Source: an uncultured virus (IMG/VR IMGVR_UViG_3300022752_006411) (lineage: Duplodnaviria; Heunggongvirae; Uroviricota; Caudoviricetes). Taken from it: DNA of 64,000 nt. Numbering within the stretch: position 1 is the stretch's first letter; every line of letters begins with the position of its first letter. The DNA is taken from the IMG/VR virus record IMGVR_UViG_3300022752_006411; one strand, given 5' to 3'. Positions 9,690 through 19,136 of this stretch are shown piece after piece. Made by a program: the position numbers and the translations under genes. The notes below the pieces were generated by a model. It ran no database searches. It was not told the origin of the DNA and worked only from the letters and a program-made list of their open reading frames with translations.

Positions 9690-10280
9690 TTGTTTCTTTT
9701 AATTTCAATATTTCTTCGCGTGCCATTTCAAGAACAGCATCGCAAGCGACTTCATAGCCGCTGGGATTTTCTATTTCTAGAAAAATCTTTCTTGTTTCAT
9801 CTATTTGATTTAATATTTTCATGTTTTGCCCTAGCATCTTGGAGAACACATCGGGCATGGGCAACTAATCATATGAATACAAGGCCCACTCCCATCTTTT
9901 TTAATACCTGTTCCTCCACAAGAAGTGCATTTTTTATGCAGGCAAGGGTCAGGAGTTGTATAGTAAATAACCGTGTCTGGTTTATAATAGCTATTTGAAC
10001 TGTTATTCATCTCAAAAATCTCCAGAAAGTATATAAAAACCATTCATGCCAAGTTCACGGCATCGACTGCCTCTTGCCCACCGTTTCGGAGGACGATATC
10101 GAGATTCTTCATGTGGGCCATCACGACCGTCCCTTCGCTCAAGAGCGACTTAAAGGTTCCACGACACCCTCTCGGCATTTCGGGCAGTAAAGGGATAAGT
10201 TTCAGTCTTACAGAAATTATCCCAATAAACTCTACGGTTGTCTATTAAACGAAATACCCGCGATTCGTTAGTCTTTCGAC

Positions 10281-10892
10281 CTAGACTTTTACATCATACG
10301 TTTCTAACTCATCCGTACAAATAAAAGTAGTTTCTCCATATTTTATTTTTTTAGACTGATGCCAATGACCAAAAATCCAAAGTTCAGGCTGGTGAATGTT
10401 GAATAACTCTTGCAAGGCCCAACTTGTTATGTTTTGATAAACTCTTGCACCGGGAGGTAGAAGAAGATAAGAGATACTTTCTGGACAGTCGTGAGTTAGA
10501 ACAATTTTTGGTTTGATTTTACGATAAAGTTCTCTGGCTTCAACGAAACTTTCAATACTTACTTGTTCGTTTTGCCACCAATCAATACCTACTGTTCTAT
10601 ACTGCTTATCAATACTATAAGCCCCTCTGTAATGAAAAAATGAAACTCCATTCAGAGTATTGTATCCAAAGTCTCCAAGGTAATGAGGAATATCTATAAT
10701 TTTATCGTAATTGTCGTGATTGCCAGCACAAATTTTAAATTTATTTGGATCTACATTTTTTAATGTTTCGTAATCAAAGCCCAAATCTCCTATTTGAACT
10801 ATGTATTCGTAACGATCTTTTTGCCGAATGACTTCATGTAGTCTTTTATACTTTCCATGAACGTCAGAAAGAACTGTTATAGTATTGGTCAC
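10281..10892 (-). CDS. calcineurin-like metallophosphoesterase
   Basis: SDVHG, GDLG, GNHD, THD and GHWH motifs. Confidence 0.9.
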   Translation of the reverse strand: MTNTITVLSDVHGKYKRLHEVIRQKDRYEYIVQIGDLGFDYETLKNVDPNKFKICAGNHDNYDKIIDIPHYLGDFGYNTLNGVSFFHYRGAYSIDKQYRTVGIDWWQNEQVSIESFVEARELYRKIKPKIVLTHDCPESISYLLLPPGARVYQNITSWALQELFNIHQPELWIFGHWHQSKKIKYGETTFICTDELETYDVKV

Positions 10893-10895
10893 AAA

Positions 10896-11318
10896 TCACT
10901 TCCTGCAATTTTCGCAAAGCGTACTTATCCAGCCGCCTTTATTTGGCTTTCCTTTGTTTCCGCAGACCTCACAAACCTTATAACTAAATGATTCGGCCAT
11001 GCTTACGAGTCCTTCAACATAATCATCGCCGCCACTAAAGTATACGCGAAGCCCACCAAACTTTTCTTTTACTTGGTCGAAGTAAACAGGAAAATATTCT
11101 TTTGCTGTTTCTGGAAAGTGTTTTTTATTATTTTCAATATTGTCTTCGTGTTGCTTTATCATCCAGCAAAGAGAAGAAATTATATCGTACCATCCTAAAT
11201 TACACTCTATGCCAAAACTCATACAACTTTCCATTGGAGTTTTGTTTCTGTTCAAGAATAGATTTGGGTACTTTTCATAAAGACTATTCCATGATTTTTC
11301 ACTTGCCTGTTGATTCAT
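10896..11318 (-). CDS. hypothetical phage protein with C-terminal zinc finger
   Basis: QVKEKFGGLRVY followed by CEVC and CENC. Confidence 0.75.
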   Translation of the reverse strand: MNQQASEKSWNSLYEKYPNLFLNRNKTPMESCMSFGIECNLGWYDIISSLCWMIKQHEDNIENNKKHFPETAKEYFPVYFDQVKEKFGGLRVYFSGGDDYVEGLVSMAESFSYKVCEVCGNKGKPNKGGWISTLCENCRK

Positions 11319-11490
11319 TTTTATTTTCTTTCATATTTTCAAGATGCTTTTCAATTGACTCAATAACAAATTTTTCAATTTCTTCTTGGGTCATATTATT
11401 AAATAAAGACCCCCAAACCAAATGGTTTCTTTCCCATTCGATTGTAAAAGAGCCATCTTTATTTTCTTCTATTTTCAATCCGTTATTCAT
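11299..11490 (-). CDS. hypothetical protein, probably leaderless mRNA
   Basis: TTGACA-16-TAGAAT-6-ATG. Confidence 0.6.
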   Translation of the reverse strand: MNNGLKIEENKDGSFTIEWERNHLVWGSLFNNMTQEEIEKFVIESIEKHLENMKENKNESTGK

Positions 11491-11526
11491 ACTTAAATTC
11501 TACCTTAATTGAAAATTATGTCAATA

Positions 11527-11907
11527 TTAAATGCTTTCTAAAACGTCTTTGAACTCTGCCGTTTCAGCAAGTTTTTTTATTAATTTATCAAATTTGTCTC
11601 TTTTGCCAAAAATTTCTTTGCACTTTTTTAAAAGAATATTTAATTCAAAAAAAATTGAATTTTTTATAGTTTGGTCATAAATCAATTCGCTTGAAATTGA
11701 ATAGGTCAATGCAAGGGAAGAAGAAGTTGCTTTTCCATTTAAGTCAATTTGGTTTGAACTAAAATTAATATCAGTATTTCTTACAATTAAAAATGCGGTT
11801 CCTGTGTAATATATGGAAACCACATCAAATGAGCCTAATTTCATAGGCCCATCATTAATAAGATCTTTAATTTCACAGATTATTTCTGAAAAATTACTGT
11901 ATTCCAT
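11527..11907 (-). CDS. hypothetical protein
   Basis: 126-aa ORF. Confidence 0.6.
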   Translation of the reverse strand: MEYSNFSEIICEIKDLINDGPMKLGSFDVVSIYYTGTAFLIVRNTDINFSSNQIDLNGKATSSSLALTYSISSELIYDQTIKNSIFFELNILLKKCKEIFGKRDKFDKLIKKLAETAEFKDVLESI

Positions 11908-12275
11908 CTATTGGTTCTTTTAAGGAAATCATCCCGAATGTATATCCCAATTCATTAGAAGTTGGAGCAAGAACTAAGTTTTGAACCAAATTTTTTGGTA
12001 TAAACTTCTTTTCGGCATCTGTTCGGGGCTGACTTCCCAACAAAACAGTGTAGCCCTCGTCAGACTCACTCAAAACCCAAACTGGCATTAGAATCATTTT
12101 TTTTATCTCCTAAATGTAATATTCAATATCTATTTTTTTCTCTAGAGTCTTAATATATTTTTGAGTTTCTTTGTCTTCTTTAGATTTTCTTTTAGTTTTT
12201 TTTTACGAGAATAAAATATTAAAAAAGCATGGATTATTATTGATGCTATTAGGATTAGTGAAAAAATTCCAAGGG

Positions 12276-12536
12276 TCATTCAGTCAGCCACTTTATAATT
12301 TCATTGCGTTCCAAGGTTACTGTAACTTTACCTGTCTTGTTCCATTCTAACCAAGCAGAGCAACAACCGCAAAGAGGTTCGTATTCTTCGCACATTTTAC
12401 CAAAAATTTCTTCGACTTCAAAAGCCGCCATGGGAACAGTCGCTTCTACATAGTTAACGTTTGTTCCAAATCTTTTCTTTAGAAACTTTGTCTGCTGTTC
12501 TTTAGTCCAAGCGGTCTTTTTGAATTTTTTAGCCAT
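12276..12536 (-). CDS. hypothetical protein
   Basis: 86-aa ORF with AAGGA Shine-Dalgarno. Confidence 0.65.
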   Translation of the reverse strand: MAKKFKKTAWTKEQQTKFLKKRFGTNVNYVEATVPMAAFEVEEIFGKMCEEYEPLCGCCSAWLEWNKTGKVTVTLERNEIIKWLTE

Positions 12537-12584
12537 TGAATTTTCCTTTTTAGTTCGATTCTATAATGACGCATATAAAGTTTG

Positions 12585-12995
12585 TTATTTTAAATCAAAG
12601 CAGATTGCTTTTGTTTCGCAACTTTTGCCCCAAACCCCATAAACGTCAGGATTGTCGTGAAACTCAAAAACTTCCACATCAATTTTATAATTGTTCTTCA
12701 TTAAATTTGCATGATTCAACATTTCTACTTTCCATCCCTTTATTTCAATCCAATCAGTTTGCAATTTAGAAATGTCATCTTCTGTAAGAATTGTTGTGCC
12801 AAACAGTTGATTTTTAGGAAGATTTCTTTTTGCAAATTCTAAAGCAATTTTTTGAGTAGGAAAGCAAGGAACTATAACATTGTCATTTTGTCTTGCTACA
12901 AGAATAGGAACCCAGCCTTGCTTTTGACACTCAGAAAGAATGTCATTTAATTTCATTTCGCCTAAAGTGGCAAAAACAAACCACGAATCATTCAT
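12585..12995 (-). CDS. hypothetical protein
   Basis: 136-aa ORF with AGGAG Shine-Dalgarno. Confidence 0.7.
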   Translation of the reverse strand: MNDSWFVFATLGEMKLNDILSECQKQGWVPILVARQNDNVIVPCFPTQKIALEFAKRNLPKNQLFGTTILTEDDISKLQTDWIEIKGWKVEMLNHANLMKNNYKIDVEVFEFHDNPDVYGVWGKSCETKAICFDLK

Positions 12996-13061
12996 TTGAG
13001 TCTCCTTTTATTGGTTGATATTTTATTTGTTACTACTATTGTAATTAAATAGGAGGCACAT

Positions 13062-13223
13062 ATGATTAATGACGATGATATGATGGAATTGAAACGTATT
13101 GCTGCAAATACATATGAGCAAGAAAAAAGTGAGCAATTGTATAGAATTATTAGTGAAATAAACAGGATGCAGAGACAAATAATTAACTTAAAAGCAGAAA
13201 ACGAAAAGCTTAAAAGTAATTAG
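13062..13223 (+). CDS. small coiled-coil protein (53 aa, not in ORF track)
   Basis: AGGAGG Shine-Dalgarno, then MINDDDMMELKRIA... Confidence 0.65.
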   Translation: MINDDDMMELKRIAANTYEQEKSEQLYRIISEINRMQRQIINLKAENEKLKSN

Positions 13224-13567
13224 TCGCTGTAGAATCCACAAATTACCCATTGGTCATTTACTTTAATAGCAATACTTGGCCCCCATTTTTCTGCGTGGCC
13301 TTGTATAAATTTACAAATTTTCATTTCTGAGTCATAATCTTTCTCAAGGCTATTTTTAGTCAAAGTCTTATAATTGGTTAATTTTATAGACAAATTTTCT
13401 TTAATTTCTAATTCATCGCTATCACTAGCCATATCGCCGCTATATCCTTCAAAATCTTCTCCGTACTTTTTATGCAATTTTTCTTTTTCTTTTTCATAAA
13501 ACTTTTGTAAGTCTTTATGGGTTTGAATTTTCTTTGGCACAATCACATAATTAAAATTAGAGCCCAT
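13220..13567 (-). CDS. hypothetical protein
   Basis: 115-aa ORF. Confidence 0.65.
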   Translation of the reverse strand: MGSNFNYVIVPKKIQTHKDLQKFYEKEKEKLHKKYGEDFEGYSGDMASDSDELEIKENLSIKLTNYKTLTKNSLEKDYDSEMKICKFIQGHAEKWGPSIAIKVNDQWVICGFYSD

Positions 13568-13811
13568 TTTCCACTCCCTTTAATTTCTTTATTACTTCTA
13601 AAAGTTCCCCAACGGTTTCAATGTCCATAATTTCATGTTCGGGAAGTCTGACTTTTAGTTTCTCTTCAATTTCAAATAACATCTCTACTTTGCCAAAACT
13701 ATCTTGACCCAATTCTGCAATATTAGTTTCAGAGTTTGGGATGATATTAAATTTTTCAGAAATTATTTTATAGATAGTTTCTTCCATGAAATCCTCTTTG
13801 GTTATCGTCAA
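13557..13811 (-). CDS. acyl carrier protein
   Basis: Acidic ~80 aa; LGQDSFGKVE phosphopantetheine Ser motif; IETVGEL. Confidence 0.8.
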   Translation of the reverse strand: MTITKEDFMEETIYKIISEKFNIIPNSETNIAELGQDSFGKVEMLFEIEEKLKVRLPEHEIMDIETVGELLEVIKKLKGVENGL

Positions 13812-13833
13812 GATATCAGTTTGGCAATATTTG

Positions 13834-14193
13834 TCAACATTCCTGTTGCAGCCAATCCATAAATTTAATGAATTCTTCTTGTCCTTTTTCTCTATCTTCT
13901 TTTATAAACAAACTCCAATAAGGTATAATGTCCATGTGTTCATTATTAATAAATCTAATTGCAAATTCAGAACCGTCTTCTCTAAGAAAGCAAAAACAAT
14001 CTTTTCCTCCTGCACGGCCTCCTTTGAAATAATTTGTAATTGATTTAGGAAACCTACTCAGAATTTTAGCGGGAGTCAGATTTGTTTCTAAAGGAGGGTT
14101 TTCATAATTTTCAATTCTATTAACCCAAGTAAAGATATAGCCACCAAAATCTGCTTCTTCAAAGTTAAATCTAGGATTAGGAATGTATTTCAA
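13834..14193 (-). CDS. hypothetical protein
   Basis: 119-aa ORF. Confidence 0.6.
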   Translation of the reverse strand: MKYIPNPRFNFEEADFGGYIFTWVNRIENYENPPLETNLTPAKILSRFPKSITNYFKGGRAGGKDCFCFLREDGSEFAIRFINNEHMDIIPYWSLFIKEDREKGQEEFIKFMDWLQQEC

Positions 14194-14701
14194 GATTTTT
14201 TAACCTTTCTTTAGCCTTGTCTATTTCTTCTTGGGTTGATTTAAGCTCAAAAATCTGCATGGGGGTTTTTTCTCTAATCTCTTCTAAAATTTCCACAAAA
14301 AGTTTTGAATTGCTAAAAATTATTAGTAGATCGCCCAAATTCAATTGATATTTTGGATGCAAATTGGCTTCTGGATATTTCCAACCAAATTGCTTTCCTT
14401 GCAACATGCAATTTAAAGAAAATCCAATCATTCCAATAACTTGCTGAAATCCAATCTGACACTTGTCCAGATTTTCTTTTTCTATGGGCATTGAGAAATC
14501 TGGAACTACTACTGAAAAAAATTTAGCAGTAAAAGGATCAATCGACTTCATGCCCCTAAAATATTCCAGAGACATTTCTGGCGTAATCATTATCCTTTCC
14601 AGATATGTCGATTCTTCAAAGCATTGGGTATATATTAAAGTTATAGGCTTGACTTCAATTTCATGCTCGTCTTTGCCGAATAAAACTTTTTCTTTTTGCA
14701 T
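14177..14701 (-). CDS. degenerate ABC-ATPase-like protein lacking Walker A/B
   Basis: IEVKPITLI, QIGFQQVI and YPEANLHPKYQLNLGDLL resemble AAA_21/OLD-type ATPase motifs. Confidence 0.55.
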   Translation of the reverse strand: MQKEKVLFGKDEHEIEVKPITLIYTQCFEESTYLERIMITPEMSLEYFRGMKSIDPFTAKFFSVVVPDFSMPIEKENLDKCQIGFQQVIGMIGFSLNCMLQGKQFGWKYPEANLHPKYQLNLGDLLIIFSNSKLFVEILEEIREKTPMQIFELKSTQEEIDKAKERLKNLEIHS

Positions 14702-14907
14702 GCTTTTTTCCTAGTGGCACAGCATGATAATTGAGCAAGTACGCATTGTTATTTTGATGAGTTCCTAAATGGGCAAATGTCAGATTTCATCTGTTTTGCA
14801 TTTGGACTCTTCTATAAATTTCGGTCGCACATTTTCTATAAAATAAGAAAAAGCAATTCCGGCGATAAGAGAAAGCAAAAATATAAATAATATTTTTTTA
14901 TTAATTT

Positions 14908-15120
14908 TCATACTATGAAAGATCTTTTTACAGTATGTTTATTATTAATTACAATAATTTCATTTTCAGACTCGAAAACTTTTATTTCATTATTTTGATT
15001 TGCAATATTTTTAAATTCTTCAAAAACTTTATACTTTGATACTTTTGCATTTTTCAGTCTAATAATATTATCACTTTCTAAAACGCTCAATAAATTCCTA
15101 GTAAGCGGTGATATGTTCAT
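14908..15120 (-). CDS. hypothetical protein
   Basis: ORF downstream of TTGTCT-16-TACAAT. Confidence 0.55.
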   Translation of the reverse strand: MNISPLTRNLLSVLESDNIIRLKNAKVSKYKVFEEFKNIANQNNEIKVFESENEIIVINNKHTVKRSFIV

Positions 15121-15186
15121 AAATATTCCTTTAATTCATTGTAGCATTTTGTTAAAAAAAGACAAATTAATTTCATAAATAATTAT

Positions 15187-15381
15187 ATGATTACATTTAT
15201 AGAGTTTTTGAAAAAACAATACGGAGAAGAAATTTTAGGAATTTATCCTCCCCAATACGGCAACATAGGAAATCTGCCTCCATTGGCAAACCAAACAGGC
15301 CCGGATAGGGTCTATGTAAAAGCAAGCCGTGAAAGTTTAGGTAAACGTAAAAAGAAAAGAAGAAGAAAAAAGCACAATTAA
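15187..15381 (+). CDS. small basic protein with MxTFxEFL N-terminus
   Basis: ATAAATA 5 nt upstream; YPPQY motif; Lys/Arg tail. Confidence 0.65.
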   Translation: MITFIEFLKKQYGEEILGIYPPQYGNIGNLPPLANQTGPDRVYVKASRESLGKRKKKRRRKKHN

Positions 15382-15653
15382 TTTCTAATTGTTAATTCTT
15401 CTCCATTCAATTTGCAAAAATAACTCTCGCAAATCTTAACTTTGTCAACGTCATAAATGTTGTCGTGATACTCACACCAAATATTTATTCTGTAGGAATT
15501 CCCATAAACATTATTGACTTTTATCATTTTGTATTTTTTTGGCCTTGATACCTTTTTGAAAAGAAGGCTAATAATTTCTTCATCTGTTTTTTTCAATTTG
15601 ACCTCTGGCTTTTCAAGCGTAATTGTCATATTATTTATCCTTTTATAAGGCAA
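15378..15653 (-). CDS. hypothetical protein
   Basis: 91-aa ORF. Confidence 0.6.
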   Translation of the reverse strand: MPYKRINNMTITLEKPEVKLKKTDEEIISLLFKKVSRPKKYKMIKVNNVYGNSYRINIWCEYHDNIYDVDKVKICESYFCKLNGEELTIRN

Positions 15654-15804
15654 TAGTGATTATTAATTTTACCATTTTCAATGGATTTTTACATACACTT
15701 TATTCTGATTTATAACCAATTTTTTGAACTTTTTACCATCAGCAATTTCGTCATCAATTCGCCAGTGAATGTCAACAATAGGATTGTATCTAATTCTCTT
15801 CAAT

Positions 15805-16062
15805 TCAGGCTTGGGTGTTTTTTGATTTTATCGCAAAAAATTCTTCGCACTCAATCCAACCAGATACATCTTTGACTTGATCTAAATAAACCTTTTTTGC
15901 TTTGCTTATTTTATTAATTAAAGTGCAATTATTTAAGACAAATTCATATTCACAAGGACTGTAATATTTTACGGCTTTATCCTTGTTAGATTTAACCTGC
16001 CATTTCATATAATTTTCACCTTTTTGAAGGTGAAAACGAACTTGATATTTCATTTTATGCAC
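15805..16062 (-). CDS. hypothetical phage protein
   Basis: VRFHLxKGENYMKWQV ORF. Confidence 0.65.
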   Translation of the reverse strand: MHKMKYQVRFHLQKGENYMKWQVKSNKDKAVKYYSPCEYEFVLNNCTLINKISKAKKVYLDQVKDVSGWIECEEFFAIKSKNTQA

Positions 16063-16471
16063 TCAAAGATTTTATAATAAGCCCTTTTTGCATTATTTCT
16101 GTAAAGTCTTGATCCAGAAAGAAAATTGGGATATGAAGTCTACACAAAGTATATTTATAAAATATGAATTTTGAAACTTTTCCTTTGTGTTCTATTGGTA
16201 AGGACAATTCAACAGGAGCGAATTTGTTTTTGTCTCTACCCAAAGCAGAGGCGGAAATTGTAATGTAATCAATTCTGCCGATTGACTTTTTTATTGGATT
16301 TTCTACAAAAATTCTTTTATAAGTCTTTTCCTCATCAAAATTCAAATCGCAATTAAAAAAATCTACAATTTTTTCTGCGGTTTTTCTTAATTTATTACTT
16401 ATATTTTTCTTCTTTTCAAAAGTTTCGTAAATCTCTTTTATTGAATCCAATGTATCAGACATAATAATCAA
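16055..16471 (-). CDS. hypothetical protein
   Basis: 138-aa ORF coupled to the upstream gene. Confidence 0.6.
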   Translation of the reverse strand: MIIMSDTLDSIKEIYETFEKKKNISNKLRKTAEKIVDFFNCDLNFDEEKTYKRIFVENPIKKSIGRIDYITISASALGRDKNKFAPVELSLPIEHKGKVSKFIFYKYTLCRLHIPIFFLDQDFTEIMQKGLIIKSLSA

Positions 16472-17370
16472 ACGCTTTCTTCATTGGTACAATAAAGTGC
16501 CAATTTTTCTTTTTCTACCTTATACTTTTTTGCTTTGAAATACTTTTTGACAAATTTATCATCTTTTCTTGTCATTGCCAAAACAATCATCTTGTTGTGA
16601 AGAATTTCTGGTAGTTTTCCGCCAACAATGTATTTTGCATAATTGAAAAGACATTCTGCATTTTCTTTTTGAAAAAGAATTTCTTCAAACTCTTTCCATC
16701 GACCTTTTAGTATTTTTTTACAATATTCAATTTTACTATTTACTTTCTTTGTCTCAAGTAATTTTTTCTCACCTTCAATCCATCTTCCCCCAACCGATTT
16801 TTCTGCATAAGCGATTATTTTATCTTCACCTGCCCCCAACAAGATATCTTCAACTTCTTGCCATCTGTTTTTTCTTGCTCCTACACAATATTCAAAAATA
16901 ATATGAGAATTGCGAGAGCCTTTAATAAGTTCTTCCGCTTCCGGCCAAGCACCTCTTATTACTTCTGAAGCATAACTTACAATTGTTGAGATTGAATTTG
17001 AAGAAGAAGAATTCAAAATAGAATCTTCTGCCTCTGGCCATCTGTTTTTAATTACATCTCTGGCGTAGACGTATGCGAACTTTGGAGTCTTAGCAATCGT
17101 ATTTTCGCCGCTCTCAAAACGATAGCCTAGTACGTCCCTAGAATAGAGATAAGACTTTTCAGCGTCTTTGGATATTGCTTCTTCACCAAGTTCAAATCTA
17201 CCTGCTGTCTTGGCGTATCCAAAAGATAAATCGCAGCTTTTAGAAATAAAATCTTTTTCTATCCTATCTTTGTTGGCAACCATGAAGTTATTCCAATCTT
17301 CACGGGCAATATAGTAGGAAGATTGCATAAAATTACAAAACTTGGCGTTAGTGTTGTTTTCGTTGCTCAT
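16468..17370 (-). CDS. KGRWPEAE-type repeat protein
   Basis: About 8 repeats; cap LPEILHNKMI. Confidence 0.85.
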   Translation of the reverse strand: MSNENNTNAKFCNFMQSSYYIAREDWNNFMVANKDRIEKDFISKSCDLSFGYAKTAGRFELGEEAISKDAEKSYLYSRDVLGYRFESGENTIAKTPKFAYVYARDVIKNRWPEAEDSILNSSSSNSISTIVSYASEVIRGAWPEAEELIKGSRNSHIIFEYCVGARKNRWQEVEDILLGAGEDKIIAYAEKSVGGRWIEGEKKLLETKKVNSKIEYCKKILKGRWKEFEEILFQKENAECLFNYAKYIVGGKLPEILHNKMIVLAMTRKDDKFVKKYFKAKKYKVEKEKLALYCTNEESV

Positions 17371-17432
17371 AAATTGCCTTTTAGAGTTTTATTGGACTAT
17401 GTGAAAAATAGACCGAATAAGAATTGTTATTT

Positions 17433-17708
17433 TCAATTGTTTTCAAACTCAGGCAAATTATTGAATAAATTTATGTCGCAGTCAATAAAAGCAGTATTGC
17501 CACATTTGTCAACAACAATTTGACAACGAACGTGCGGACTAACCGATCTTCCTGCTGCGTGTTCGTGTAGCATAGAAAAGACGATGGGAAATTTAGTCTC
17601 AGGTGGTAGAGAATAAATTCTATCTGTCAACTGCCTGTTGTAGTTTCGGATAACAGCAGTCTCATTAGCCAAAATCAAATAATCCATTGTAAAATACTTC
17701 ATTATCAA
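17433..17708 (-). CDS. hypothetical protein
   Basis: 91-aa ORF. Confidence 0.6.
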   Translation of the reverse strand: MIMKYFTMDYLILANETAVIRNYNRQLTDRIYSLPPETKFPIVFSMLHEHAAGRSVSPHVRCQIVVDKCGNTAFIDCDINLFNNLPEFENN

Positions 17709-18484
17709 CTCCTTATAGCGATAGATTCCAATAGTCTTTTCAGTTCTTTTGCTGAAAAATTACTTACTAGCCTCAACTTTTCCGCATCTTCTTTTTCTTT
17801 TATAAGACAAAAATAAGAATGGCATAATATTTTTGATTCCTGACTTGAACTCATAAACAATGAAATTATTTTATTTTTCCACTTATCGGGCAGTTCTGTG
17901 TTGATTCTTGCCATATAAATTGCGTACATGACGCACAAATGATCGTCTTCAAAAATCGAATCTTCTCCAAGTAAAAATCTTCCTTCGATGCAATACTGCG
18001 CATAATGAAAAGATAATGTTGGGTCTTTTGCGACTGATTTTTCTCCAAGTTCAAATCTTTCACCAAGCAGCAAAGAGTATTCATAAGAACTTTTGGCGCA
18101 ATTAGAGATTGCCTTTTCTCCTTTTTCAAATCTTGATCTTACTATATCCTTTGCGTAATACAGGCTGCAATTTGGACAAGTTGCTATAGCATCTTCTCCC
18201 ATTTCAAATTCATCACACAAAACTTCCTTTGCATATAACAATGAATAATTGGGGTGTTTGGCTATCGCTTTCTCTCCAAGTTCAAACCTTTTACCCAGAA
18301 TATTTTTTGCATACAGATAAGATTGAAAAGCACTTTTGCTAATTGCTTTTTCGCCCAACTCAAATCTTTCTTGTATATCTTGAGCATAAAGTCTAGAGTA
18401 TCTTGAATTTTTCGAAATAATTTCCACTTCCTCTTCGGAAAGGTCTAATTCTTTTGACTTTTCGTAAATTTCTTTTGCGTTCAT
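17705..18484 (-). CDS. RFELGEKAI-type ~24-aa repeat protein
   Basis: About 7 YAxxILxxRFELGEKAI repeats; cap LPDKWKN. Confidence 0.85.
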   Translation of the reverse strand: MNAKEIYEKSKELDLSEEEVEIISKNSRYSRLYAQDIQERFELGEKAISKSAFQSYLYAKNILGKRFELGEKAIAKHPNYSLLYAKEVLCDEFEMGEDAIATCPNCSLYYAKDIVRSRFEKGEKAISNCAKSSYEYSLLLGERFELGEKSVAKDPTLSFHYAQYCIEGRFLLGEDSIFEDDHLCVMYAIYMARINTELPDKWKNKIISLFMSSSQESKILCHSYFCLIKEKEDAEKLRLVSNFSAKELKRLLESIAIRS

Positions 18485-18649
18485 TGATTGATTCCTTGTT
18501 GGTATCAATCTTAATGTCCAAAACCATTTTTGTTTAGAATAAATTACATTGCCATAATACCTATTGTTTAATAAAAATGAACTGCTTGTTGATCACTTCC
18601 TTTAGTCGGATCATCTAAACGGCGTGTAAAATCAGACCGTCATGCATTT

Positions 18650-18970
18650 TCAAATTTGAGTATTAAATATGTCCGTGACCCATTTTTGGTCTTCTAATTT
18701 ATAATGACCACAAATTAAATTATGGGATCTTTGAACTTGATCGGCATTTCTAAGACCGTTGCCACAACTCATTTTGCCAAATAATTTTTCATCAACACTC
18801 CACAAAGAAGGAGTGTTAAATATTCTATTTTTTGGCGATGCAACAATAAAACTTTTTATTGTATAGTCTATATGAGGGCAACTAACGTCACCTATCCAGA
18901 CTTCCGTATACCCTAATTCTTTAAGTTTTTCTAAAGCCAGAATAGTGAGAGTAAAATTTTCAAAATTCAC
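18650..18970 (-). CDS. hypothetical protein
   Basis: 106-aa ORF. Confidence 0.6.
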   Translation of the reverse strand: MNFENFTLTILALEKLKELGYTEVWIGDVSCPHIDYTIKSFIVASPKNRIFNTPSLWSVDEKLFGKMSCGNGLRNADQVQRSHNLICGHYKLEDQKWVTDIFNTQI

Positions 18971-19136
18971 TTAATTTTCCTGTAAAGTGGAATTACTGTG
19001 GTTTGGTCAACGTATGGATTGTTTTGTGTTCTAAGGTCAAAAATATCCCCTCTATCATTTGTTCTTGCCCAAGCAACAATTTCATATTCTTTTTTACCAA
19101 ATAAAATTTTAAAAATTTTTACAAATAAACTTTTCA

